Below, piece after piece: positions 30,968 to 42,850 of a stretch of DNA of 64,000 nucleotides; within the stretch, counting starts at the first letter, position 1, and each line of letters opens with the position of its first letter. The stretch lies in assembly GCA_002189035.1 (NCBI GenBank), contig NEEC01000014.1:2232001-2296000 (forward strand), in the 5' to 3' direction. The notes beneath the pieces are model-generated. The model searched no databases and was not told where the DNA came from. It was given only the letters and a program-made list of their open reading frames with translations. The position numbers and the translations under genes are program-made. Origin of the DNA: Utricularia gibba. Its lineage: Eukaryota; Plantae; Magnoliophyta.

Positions 30968-31820
30968 TTCCAGCGGAGTTCACGAGAAAGTGAACAAGAA
31001 CACGAACGAAATAGCATGCGTCGGTACCCGAGGGGAGTCGCAATATAAATAGACCTTTGTTTGGGGGGCAAACCGAGACACACTTTTCTATAAACTCTAC
31101 CTGCTGCAACTGATCTCCACCGTCAATTCGACGACCACCGTGCTGCCACGTAGCAAAGCAGTTAAATTAATCATTTAAAAAATTAAAGAAATACAACTTT
31201 TGAATTTTAAATATAACAATAATGTATTGTTCATCATCGGCATTTAAATAGACATTAACGTTCCATGGTCCAATGTTATTGCACAATGATTAGCGTGTCA
31301 ATTAATAAATTCGATAAAATTCATTCTTATTACCACTTAATTATGTGTTAATTATTTAAATCAAGTACGTACCTTTGCATCTTGCCCGGCATTTATTCTT
31401 CGTGTCCCGAGCTTGACAAAGTGAAAGTCTTTGAATGCTTTTAGTAACGTGTCCAAAAAAGGGGTAGCGCCTCGTGCCCACTTTTTATCCGGTAATAATT
31501 CTAATATTATGTAAAAAAAAAAATCTAATTATTGATGAAAAAGAATAAATAATTGCTTTTAAATTACGAGGAATTCAAAATGATATTGGAAATTATTTAA
31601 GTGGGAAAAAAACGGCAATTTTTGTAGGGTTTCGAGCGTTGGAAAGAGGGATGGATGCCAGACCACGCCCGCGGTTCCGGTTTTAAAGTAAAGAATGGTG
31701 GTAAATGACAACTATGCCCTTTACTCCCACCGCTAACCTACGTACGAAACCAGAGAAATTTGGAATTTCACATATTAAACCAAATAAGATTTATATTATA
31801 TATAAGATGGAGAGAAAGAA

Positions 31821-31991
31821 GTCGGCACGTGGTGTCACGTGCACGAGAGGGCATTTCCGACTTCGTGGTGACTCCGTGTGGTCCCCACCGCGATGCTGTT
31901 CCTCAATCGTGGGCCTTCGTATTCATGACTATGGCTAATCACTTTGGTGGGCCCAGCCCAAACATTATTGTGTAAATGGGCCTTCGTATTC
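31821..31991. promoter_or_regulatory. Cluster of a DRE-like core (GCCGAC, minus), two G-boxes and four site II motifs
   Basis: GTCGGC 31821; CACGTG 31826 and 31836; TGGGCC 31910, 31948 and 31977; AGCCCA 31955. Confidence 0.55.
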
Positions 31992-32029
31992 TCAGGGCTG
32001 GCATTCTCCCCTCCCTCTTCGCGAGGGCA

Positions 32030-32683
32030 CTACACTAAGAACGCTGCAAGTTCATCTATGGATTTGAGAGTCTTCTCGTAGTAGACATACGACTCGTAGA
32101 TCTTGGGGTTTCTCACGTAGTAATCCAGCTGCAAAGCAACCACGAGAGGATCGAATCAGGGTCGGGATTAGGGTATGATTCAGGGGGTTATTGGCATATC
32201 TTCAACCACAGTGTTTGAGTTGAGTGGGAAGTGAATGGAGGGTACCTCGTCCATATTATCTACAAGCTGATTCGCGGTTGCCACATACGCCTTTCTGCGT
32301 GCTTCGGGTACCAGCTTCATTGCATTCTTCATATCCTTTTCCAGATACTTCTGCTTCAATCTTATGTAAACCAGCACATACTTCCAGGCCTTGGCTTCCA
32401 GCATGCTTCTCAGTTGATGAAGCCCCTCCGCCGTCTGTTGAATCCGAGCAGATGCGTCCTCCGGCGAGAGCTCGGGGGCGAAGAACGTGTCCCATATCAA
32501 TGACCGCGTCCCCCAGTTTTGAGCCTGGGCCTGTTGGCAGGTGGTCAATGAAGTTGCCGTGAGAACGGTTAGGAGGTGTCGCCGGGGTAATGACGGTATT
32601 GCTTGGGTTTCCCGGCACCGGGGTTTAGGGGCCGCCGCGGTGGGGTGGAGGAATGCGGTGGTGGAGTTTGGGATTGTGGCCAT
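32030..32683 (-). CDS. PNSL2: PsbQ-like protein PnsL2 (chloroplast NDH lumenal subunit), 2 exons
   Basis: Transit peptide ending QAQA; WGTRSLIWDTFFAPELSPEDASARIQQTAEGL; WKYVLVYIRLKQKYL; intron 32129-32245; last exon LDYYVRNPKIYESYVYYEKTLKSIDELAAFLV*. Confidence 0.9.
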
Positions 32684-32930
32684 GGAAGGGATTGTGTGGC
32701 TTCGAAATTGCGCAAGGGAATACTTGTGTTTTGTATGGATGTGCTGTGTTTGATCTCGACCATTGATTTTGGTGACGTGTATGTTCTGTTATCTCGTTAT
32801 CCCTTTGATTATTTGCATTTTAGATTGAAACCAAACCACTCAAATAAAAAATCAAGTTGTCTGCAATGTTTCTCTCAGTAATTTCGTCGAACAAGTTATG
32901 TTTGTGCCTCGGGCGGACTGCCTGTTCTAT

Positions 32931-34823
32931 TCATCCCCTGCGTCGGGAAACGGTGATCTTCAGGCCATTCTCCATGGAGAGAATCGTCATCATCCTGTAT
33001 TTCACCAGGTGCCCAGGTACCAATTTGAACTCATAAAATCTACAGAGAATCGCCATCGCCATTTTCATCTGCAAAAAGGCAGAGTCTTTCCCCAAACAGA
33101 TCCTCGGCCCCGCCTGACAAATGATCCCGTTGCTTTCTTTTCATGCTCAAGAGTTATTGGAGTTTTGCATTGGTTTACCTGAAATGCTGTGAATTTGTAG
33201 GGAGAAGGGTTCTGAAATGTTCCATCTTTCAGCCATCTCTCCGGCATGAAACAAGCAGCGGCAGGGCCCCAGTTGTATTCCATTCTTCCCATTGCGAACG
33301 GGACGTATGTCACCATTCCTCCCGCCTTCACCGGCGTCCCGTCCGGCAAGACGTCGTCGTTCAACACGCCCTTCGGATCCTACAAAACGAAGTCCTTCAT
33401 TGCCTGGAGTTGGAAAAAAAATGTGAACAGAATGATGGAACCTGAGGGACTGCAGGGTATAGACGAAGGGTTTCCGTGATCACTGCGTGAAGATAGCACA
33501 GCTGTGAAATGGAATCATAATTCAGAAGCCTTGCAAACTGTGCTGCCCTCTCATTCAAGTTCTCAACCAAGTTGATGCCCTCCTCTCTCGCTCGATTCGC
33601 CTCGAAGTTCATAAGCTCCGCAAACACCTTATCCGCAACCTGTTTGTGTTGTATCATCATGTAAATAGCCCATGAGAGTGTTGCGGCGGTTGTATCTCGA
33701 CCGGCGATCACGAAGTTGAGCACAATATCCCTTAGGCTCTTATCCGACATGTTGCTGTCCAGATTCTTGCTCAGCTCGATGAATCTGGTCAGTATGTCTT
33801 GCTTCATCTTGTTCGTATCATAATACATAGAGTTCAGTTTCCACAATGCACATTCTAAATTTGTCTCACATTATTAGATTCAGACATTATTACCTTGCCA
33901 TGTTTGTTGGTCTGCTCGAGCTCTTGTATCTCTGATTTCCTTGTTTTTATCACAGAGTACGTGAACTCATCAATCACTCGAATGCTCCGCCGGAGAACGG
34001 CTTCTGATCCGACATTCAGAAACCTCTTCAGCTTCCAGAAGGGGTCTATGAATCTGAGTGTCACTGCAGTGTTGGCCGCATCGAATGCTTCTGCGAATTC
34101 GTTAGTAGGCGAACCGGACTTCAAGGTTCCTATTTCCACTCCGAACCCGACTTTACAGATGGAATCCAGAGTCATCCTCATCAAAAGCTCCTGCAGGTTC
34201 GTTAATCTTCTTACACACATTCACCAGTTCATTTTACCAGTTTCGGATACTTTTTCACCTGCATGTCTAGTTCCTGATGGAGAGATGATGCTTGAAGCAG
34301 GATATGGAAGAGCTTCAAGCTGTAATCTCTGAAGACATCAGTGCTGAAATCCCTCAAATTCTTGGAAGCAAACTCAAAGCTGGCAGTTTTCCTTTGCCTT
34401 CTCCAAATCTCCCCATCCGCATTGAAGATCCCATCTCCAAGCAACACCTCCATATAGGAATGATAAGTCTCACCCTGCACAAACCCGAAGGTATGCATCA
34501 ACAACTGAGCATGTGCTTCTAGTTACACATATTTGAACCTTGGGATAGTTGGTGAATTTGTGTTTCAGGACATGCTCCACGTTGTCCGGATGAGCAATGT
34601 AAGTGTAAGTAGTGAAGGGCATGGGAACGACCACGGTGGCCGTCCTGCTCAAATACTCGACAAGCCAGTCGTGCATTCTGTGGTAATTCATCAACTGCTC
34701 TATGGCTGCACCTAACAACGGCCATGTTTTCGGCCACCTGGAGTCCCTCTGCTTGATCCGGTGAACAATAATCCACGTTAAGAGGAACCCCAGCACGCCG
34801 GTCATCGCACACGCAGCGGACAT
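32931..34823 (-). CDS. CYP704B1: Cytochrome P450 CYP704B1-like fatty acid omega-hydroxylase (sporopollenin/anther cuticle)
   Basis: PKTWPLLGAAIEQLMNYHRMHDWLVEYL; I-helix AGRDTT; ETLR; PERW; heme motif FQAGPRICLG; C-terminal YRMMTILSM. Confidence 0.93.
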
Positions 34824-35068
34824 CGGAATCCGGTTGTGGAGTTGAATGAATGAATGAACTTCTTTTCATGTTTTGTTTCTGAGATATATTAAGAAGACGC
34901 CTGGTTCATGCTCTTGGTGTCTTTGAACTAATTCTTGGTTTGATTGCTCACGCAACAGCACCCAATGGTACAGTACAACACACATATAATTAAATATTTA
35001 TACTTTAACAAATTTAAAAATTTAAAAATTCAAAATCAATATTCATTTTTTAGAAACAAAACCCCCCC

Positions 35069-35297
35069 TTTTTTTTTTACTATTCTAGAAGCATTGAGAA
35101 GTCATATCAAAGGGAGCCTTAATTACTTTCTGATGCCTGGTGTTTAATAAGAAACAGTTAATTAGTTGATGAATTAATATGCTTTTTTTTTTACTTTTGT
35201 AGAAGCATTGAGAAGTCATATCATATCAAAGGGAGCCTTAATTGCTTTCTGATGCTTGGTGTTCAATAGGAAATAGGTAATTAGTTGAGGAATTAAT
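35069..35297. repeat. Imperfect ~114-bp tandem duplication upstream of CYP704B1
   Basis: Anchor TAGAAGCATTGAGAAGTCATATCA at 35086 and 35200; similarity continues through AAAGGGAGCCTTAATT...TTTCTGATGC...TAATTAGTTGA; copy 2 has an extra TCATA. Confidence 0.92.
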
Positions 35298-36559
35298 TAA
35301 TAGGAGTGGAGAGGCCGTACCCTTTTGCACAAGCATTTCATATATTTTATCGCAGGTGAGGCGCGACGCGTCTGTGTGTCCGAAGGATGATGTGATCTGT
35401 GCCGGAACCAACTCTCCCTCTCCATGGCCGCGGAGGTGAACGCATCGGAGTCTCTGAAGCCTTCAAATCCCAAGGCAGGGTGCGGTGCATTCATTGATTG
35501 ATTCAACTCCTGGGTGTTTCGATCAGATCAGGGTTTGCCCGCCCGGAGATGGACTTGGCATTGAATGCCGGCGCAATGCTCATTATGGTATGTCAGCATG
35601 GATAGGTGGAATGTGGAATATGGCAATTTATAGCATTTGCAGGTGGGTGCATGTGACGCATGCACACCATGGGCATGGCATCACCCTCCCATGCCTCCTC
35701 ATAACTCCCCGCCTTCCGACCATTTATAGCCAGCCAGCCCTCCCCGGCGGCCCCCCCTCGGATGCCTGGAACTGGTGCCATGTTGTGAGTGAGTGAGAGC
35801 CACCCTGTTACAAAAAGGGAGTTATTACAAAGCTGCGGAAGTAGAGGGCAGGAGTAAATTGGTATAAATGTGTGTTCTGGGATGGATTATTTTCATATTT
35901 CCTGTCGTATCCCATGACACATGGTTGTCACACATTCACTGCGTTAGATACCGCTTAGGTCATGTGTGCGTCATCAGATAAGCATAGGCTTTTAATTCCA
36001 GTGGCCGCTTTGGACCGGCCGAATTCAATGCCTCCGAGGGAATGTCTGTCCCCTTCCCTTCCTCGGAGTGAAGAAGTGTCCATGAATCTCTCTCTCTTCC
36101 TCTTCCTCTTCCACTACACTCCAGCTTCCAGCCCTTTTCCTTTTGTGTGTGGTTGATGATAACAGCCCCCTTTCATTCAATTATCTTATAACAATGACTG
36201 TTGAAATTAAAGATCTGATGAAATCAGATGAACGTACATAAAACTCAAATATACATAAAACATGATTATTAATAACATGTAATTTCTTATATAATTGATT
36301 ATTTTAATTTTATGTATCAATGTGAAACTATTTGTTTTAATACATCTCATTTATTGTGATAGTTCGTTAGTTATTCGGTTACTCGATTTGACGGGTCGGG
36401 TTTGCAAATAGGGTAGAATTCAGGGGGGCGAGGTGGAAAGCGCGAAATGTTAGGCGCGTGGTTATCGTCATGATGACCATATCTACATCTTTGTTGGGGA
36501 ACGACAGGGTGATGTGGCCGAATCCATTTTAAATATCTACAAATTGACAGATCGAGTAA

Positions 36560-36656
36560 TGACGTCACTCTTCGTCACGGGGACCCACGTGTGTCCTCCG
36601 CAATTAATTCCCTCCATTTCTCCTCCTCCTCCGGACTGGATCCCTGCCTATAAATA
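36560..36656 (+). promoter_or_regulatory. MYB proximal promoter: TGACGTCA, overlapping TCP/G-box and TATA box
   Basis: TGACGTCA 36560-36567; GGACCCACGTG 36581-36591; TATAAATA 36649-36656; ATG at 36696. Confidence 0.65.
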
Positions 36657-36695
36657 CGCCCGGGCTGTTGACCGTGGGATATCATCGCACCGGAA

Positions 36696-37762
36696 ATGGA
36701 AAACCAATGCAACGGCGGCAAGAGAAAGGAATCTTCGCTCCGCAGAGGCCCTTGGACAAAAGAAGAAGACCACAAGCTTCTTAGTTATGTCCGTCAGCAT
36801 GGCCACGGCAGTTGGCGCTCCGTTCCCGCGAAAGCTGGTAGGTTACCGGATTCCTGTCCTGTGTGTTTTAGTTACAGTTTATGTTTACTGAGAAAAATAG
36901 CGACTTCAGGGCTTCAGAGGTGCGGGAAGAGCTGCAGGCTGCGATGGACCAACTATCTCAGGCCGGGTATCAAAAGAGGCAACTTCAGTGCGCAGGAGGA
37001 GAAGGACATTCTTCGTCTTCACGCCCTTCTCGGCAATCGGTACTGATTTGCGAATGCGGGAGGTTTATTTTGTTATTGGTTCGACTTGGAGCTGACGATC
37101 GGAGTTTGTGTAGGTGGTCGGCGATTGCAGCTCAATTGCCGAGGAGGACGGACAACGACGTGAAGAACTATTGGACGCTGAGGCTGAAGAAGAAGCTGAC
37201 GCGGATGGGAATCGATCCAGTGACTCACAAGCCGAAGCATTGCGCCGCCGGAGCGGGCACGGTGCAGTCGAAGCAGATAGCGGAGTTGAGCCACATGGCT
37301 CAGTGGGAGACGACTCGGCTCGAAGCCGAGGCCCGGCTCGTCCGTGAGTCGAAGCTTCATTTGCGCCGTAATGTGACGCGGGCTGCGAATCTGACGCCGC
37401 CACTGAAGCTGCATTTGGCACCGCGGTGTCTGGATGTGCTTAAGGTGTGGGAAGCCACCGCGTCGCATAACGGGTTCTTTAGTCCGACCCCCTCCTCCAC
37501 GAGCCTAGAATCGCCGGCGTCGACGCTAAACTTCCCGGCAACGGCCCCGGTGGCGAGCGACGTGGTGTTCTCCGACGCGCGTGGATTGGGGAATGCTGAT
37601 AACAAAGCGGAAGTGGTTCATGACGGCGGCGCTGCGGCGGCAGGAAATTGTTCGGAGCTGGATCCCATCGGCGACATGGACTTCTCGGACTCCGATTATC
37701 TACATATGCTTGAAGAGAATATGGACTATTGGAGTAGTGTTTTAGGGGAACTTTTGGATTAG
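36696..37762 (+). CDS. R2R3-MYB transcription factor, subgroup 9 (MIXTA/MYB16/MYB106-like), 3 exons
   Basis: GPWTKEED...[18 protein letters not shown]...[25 protein letters not shown]; [11 protein letters not shown]; subgroup 9 motif variant [21 protein letters not shown]. Confidence 0.93.
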
Positions 37763-39030
37763 AAACAATAACCACAATCCATCCTGTACGGTACTTTGCC
37801 CATGTCTACGCAAAAAAATAAAAATAATTGTTTATTAATAACACGTCTAATTTTAATGCCAACAAAATAAATATATTTATATAGAAAAATGCACCTCTCA
37901 ATTCATTATACAAAAAAAGTTGCTACAAATGATTATAATAAAACAAAAAGAAATCATTAGTTCATAATTCTATGCTTTTTGCATTCTAATAACAGAAATT
38001 TAGAATCTATTTTTCCTTATGAATAATTAAAAATCACATTTCATAATAAATTATCTTTATTTGGTAAACGTGTTATTTAACATACACTCGTTTTATAAAA
38101 TAACTGTATAATATTTACAATCATATTTTCTCTTCCATAAGTATGATTTTCTACCAACTTTAAACACATTAACGAAATAATATTATTTTAAATATATATT
38201 TATAACGAACCTCCATACTAAATATACTTTCAATTTTAATGATACTTTGGTTTGCTTTTTGTTTTTTTAAAAAATGGACCCCTGATTTTTGAATTTTCAA
38301 AATCTTAAAATATGGTAGGAGGGTATCAGTAGTTTCAGAGTAGCGCTACTGTGCACATGAGATGGGGCAGGATTTGAAGCATTCAAAGGTGAATGCCATG
38401 CCTATTGCCTGCCTGTTGCACCCATCATGATATAATATTTATTTATTTAATTATTTATTTGTTTATTTCTTGGACAAAGTAGTTAAGATTTTTGGTATTT
38501 ACTGGACTCATACAACTTTTTTTATCTGTACACTGGCGCCCCTTATTTTCTTTTCTTTTTTTACTGACAGAAATATGATTTTCAAAATTTGAGAATAGTG
38601 AGAAAGCTGCTTCATGCTGATTGGCTCTCTTGAAGAAGTAAACCCCATGTGAGAACTGAGAAGTGAGAAAATAATAGTGGAGCTAGAGGGTAATTTTGAT
38701 TAAATGCATTATTTGAAGTGATATTGAAAAAATAAATAAAAGAAAAGAGAAAAATATATATGTATTGGGCTGTATGATTGGGCTTATGTGGCCCACTAGT
38801 GAAGTCGGCCCCGGCCCAGGTGCAATATAACTTCTATGATTTTTCTAGTAATAAAAATATTTCAATAAATTATAAGTAAATATATATATCGGGAGCCTGG
38901 CTTGCTCGAAACGCCACATTGGAGAGCCGTACCAAACGCGGGGTTTAAGGACGTGGGGGGAAATTCCCCAAACCCGCAAAAACCTAACCCCCCGACTCCG
39001 TCGCCTCTCCTTGCATCGGCGCCGCAGATA

Positions 39031-39644
39031 ATGGGTGCCTCGATTTCCTCACAGAACCAACTACCTGCTTCCGAACCGGACACCGCTTCGGATACCCTAT
39101 CCAGAAATCGGAAAAATCGACCCCTGTGTTGGAAGAAAGTGCGCCCGAGAAGCAGAGCGCTTCGGACCAAGCACCCGAAGAAGGGGAAGCTGATGAACGA
39201 GGAGGAGAAGGGGAAGTAGAAGAAGAAGAAGAAGAAGGCGAATGTGGGTTTTGTTTGTTTATGAAAGGCGGTGGTTGCAAAGACACTTTTGTTGAATGGG
39301 AGAAGTGTGTGGAGATGGGGGAAAAGAACAAGGAGGACATCGTTGAGAAATGTTTCCAGGCTACTGCAGCGCTCAGGAAATGTATGGAAGCTCATTCTGA
39401 GTACTATGGGCCGCTTTTGCAGGCTGAGAAGGATGCTGAAGAGGAATTCTCTAGACAAGTAGAGGAAGAGAAGAAGCTGGGCGATGGAGAGGGTGGTACT
39501 CAACAGAGTGCATCACCTATGCAGGCTGATAGGAGCAGCGTCACTAAAAAAGTAGAGAAAGATAAGAGATTGGGCGACGTAGATGGTGGCACGCAGCTGA
39601 ATCAGCAGCCAGAAGAAAAGACTGATTCTTCAAAGAGTTTCTGA
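39031..39644 (+). CDS. GCK-domain protein, single exon, apparent frameshift near 39095
   Basis: EEEEGECGFCLFMKGGGCKDTFVEWEKC...C...LRKCMEAHSEYYGPLL; the likely start MGASISS at 39031 is in a different frame. Confidence 0.85.
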
Positions 39645-41069
39645 TCAGAGATAAGTCTCAGTTTTTGGCCACTTTTTATCACGGATTAATAAAATTTTAT
39701 ACTGTTTTTTGACACATAGCAATTGATTAATAGGGATGATTCTGTTAATCAGACAAACCTATTTGGCATTTGTCCATTGAATGGAGCAGTAATTATGACA
39801 TGGATATTTGTTTCATTTGCCGTTGAGATGCTATCCTCTTTTTGAGTAGCTTATCAGGTATTCATGGGAGAATGAAGGAGTTGGTCACTTGGTTGTCTAC
39901 CAAAACTCCTATCACCTGTGCGATTTTTTTTTTTTCATTTACGAACGGTGCTGTAAAAGGGTTCAGCAAGGCCCAAACATTATTCTTTTTTTTATTCACA
40001 CTTGGCAGTCATGGTTTAAACAGTAAACGCTTTCAGAATCCAAATTCCGTTTCAATTTCCCTACGATATTTGGTTAGTTGGAATTTTTCGATACTGAGGA
40101 TCTGCAGGCTGATCGTAGTTGAATTCGCAGAATTTCCCTCTAATTTATTAGTCTGCGTTTCTGTGTTTTGATGTAACATTGAATATGAATGATTCCCGGC
40201 AGGTAAAATGTGAAAGTTTGATGCTTCTGTTGAAGAGTAACATTTATTTCCAGAATTGGATGCTTCAGTTTGTCAAGGATGCGCACGTTCTTGTTTTGCT
40301 GCATTTTTTTTCTTGTTCGAGATGGTTTTGTAAATGCTAGTTTTAGAAGATTATCAGCTCAATGCTGCAGTTTCTGCTCGTGTTTTGGCTGTTTTCAGCG
40401 ACAAAATACTCGAGCAACAAAAGGATTTTTGTAAAACATGTGAATCTTTCTTCCAATCAACCTGTCTTCGATTGATTTACTGGTAGCAGACATTGTATAT
40501 TATGCTTTGGGGATTCACTTCGATTCAGGGCTATTTGTTGGAGTTTCCCTTGACTGCCATTTACTTGTCTCAAGTTCATTTTCTGAAGGTATGATCCTTC
40601 ATATGACTAGCTTGTATGGTTTCTGAACTTGATATGCGATGTTTTCTCACTTTGAGTCCGAGGCTCTATCCTTCATTGAAACTATGAGAAGTTTGCTGCA
40701 TTCCCACATTGTGGAAGCTGAGGTCAAACATGCTGAATGATGCAAGTGTTCAAGGTTTTGAATTACCAGCTGTATCGTTTGTTCCACAACATTTTTTACC
40801 TGAAAGACATCCAGTGTAATATGGAAGCCATGGACAAGACGGTTCTATGGACCACTGAGATGATTCTACAGGAAACAATAAACACATCAAACCAACTCTT
40901 GAAGGGGTGTGACTCTGCTTGTCTTATGGGAGGAGGAAGCCATTTGTGTAACCTAAGCTGAGCACCTGTTCTGTGGTCGTGTTCGAGAACCAGCAAAACC
41001 AGACACAAACCCCTGCATTACGCCGTTGCAGCATGACTGCACTGCTCCGTGCTTCCAATTTCAATTTTT

Positions 41070-42850
41070 CTACTTGAAATCAGAATGTTGCCGCGAGTGC
41101 AAGCTTTGCATGTTGCTGCTGTTCTTTGAGGTCGGGGCATCGTGATTGTGCTTACCTTCATATGTTGTTATGACAGCTTTCGGGTCAGTTGCTGCCCTCT
41201 CAACGTGCTTTCGGATGCTGCAGCCTGGGTGGCTGCATTTGTAGTAACTTCTGCAAACACAATCAAATAGTTCCTTTTCAGAGACCATATGCAAAGCCCT
41301 ACTGAAGTTCACATATGAATCCACCAGTATCCAGTGAAGGCAAGCAAAGAGAACATGAAATGATTCAAAGGAAAGGGAAGCCAAAGTGTCACCTTGGGTT
41401 GGGGTTCCCTTTTACAACTTTCTGGCCATACTTCCTCCATCTATAGCCATCATCCAGCAGATCAACTTCGCTGGTGGTTTGAACGACGATCCGGGGCTCA
41501 GTAACTGTCCGATGGGATGATCCCTGTGCCTCCACAATCCTTCACATGTGTTCACCATTACGTGATCAGTAGAAAATCACCAAGAGAGAGCTTGATAGTT
41601 TTATATATATAAAAAGGCACCTTCTTTTGGATTCAGGCTCGCTACTTCTCTCGTTAGCTCTAGTTTCAGAGTCATCCACTTCATCACTATCATTTGAACC
41701 CGACAACCGTTCTGGTGTGGCTTGGCAGGGATCTTGATCCCTGAGAGAAGATGAATAAGTGGCCGCCCCGTTAAGCTTGTTGAAGCCCCCAGGCAGAGAT
41801 TCAGAGCGAAATCCTGAATTTCCCTGCGGATTCGCCACCGCTTCGGCTGTTGCGTTTCCGGTATCTCTGTTACGCTTACTGGGCGGAGAATGGTTGTGCT
41901 GTCCTCTGTATATGATCTCAGTTATTTGGCCGTCAAGAGACCTTTCAACCTTCTTCTTCACAGGACAACTTGCATGTGTGCATTTGTAATAGCTTCTTGG
42001 GAAATCACCGCCCTTGACCTGCTTCTGCCCATACTTCCGCCAGTTGTACCCATCGTCGCTGGGCTTATCGACGACCAGGTTACTCGTTCGTTGTCTGGGA
42101 TCAGCACCGGCGGAAACATCGTACGGCTCCTTCAATAACTTTAGCTCCTGCATCGGTGCAGCTATCTGTTGCTGCAGATTTGGGGCAGCAGCAGCTGAGA
42201 AAGACGGGTATGGTGCCTGGAATTTGTTCTCCACTTGGGACTCAGATATGCTGTCCTCGTTTCCAGTTACCCCCTGATTCATTCCACCAAAAGCAGCCTG
42301 ATTTCATGGAAAAAGCTAGCTCAGATGAAAATGAAGGTCGATAGAAAGAAACCCTAGAAATTCGTACAGAACAAGCTACGAAATCGAAGAAGCTCGAGAG
42401 CAGATCAGGCAAAATCAACCAATTGGTTACCTGAGAAGACGGATTGAAGAAGACACCCGAATCAAGATAATTGGAAAGAGACATCCCGGTCGGAATCGCG
42501 ACCATTTCCTGTGGCCGCGACACTGTCTGAGCTCCACGCTGCTGAAACGTGAACCCCCCTGTTCCGCCGCTGGAATCCGCATCAGCAGTAACAGAATACT
42601 CCTTAACCGTGGATGACGTAGTGGTAGCGCCGCCGCCTCCATCGACAGCGAGTAGCTGAGAAAAGGAGCGGCAATCAGTCTCCGGGTCATTCTCCGCGAA
42701 GAAAGAAGAAACGAGAGTCATGGGCCCGGGACTGGCCCCTGCGCCGCCCGTAAACAAATCGATACCACTTCTCGGCGGCAGAGTGATCGCCGGCGGGTTC
42801 TTCACCGAAGGGGGATGCTTCAGCGACGGCGGGGGCTGTTTGTCCGCCAT
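41070..42850 (-). CDS. Group I WRKY transcription factor (WRKY3/WRKY4-like), 4 exons
   Basis: [13 protein letters not shown]...[10 protein letters not shown]; two WRKYGQK domains with C-x4-C...HxH fingers (CTHASC/HNH and CSHPGC/HNH). Confidence 0.96.

Noticed and set aside
35300-36150. Possible miRNA precursor in the CYP704B1-MYB interval, including the 8-bp stem at 36032-36068
   Set aside because: No full match to conserved miRNAs I recall (only partial miR477/miR530-like words) and no long fold-back seen.
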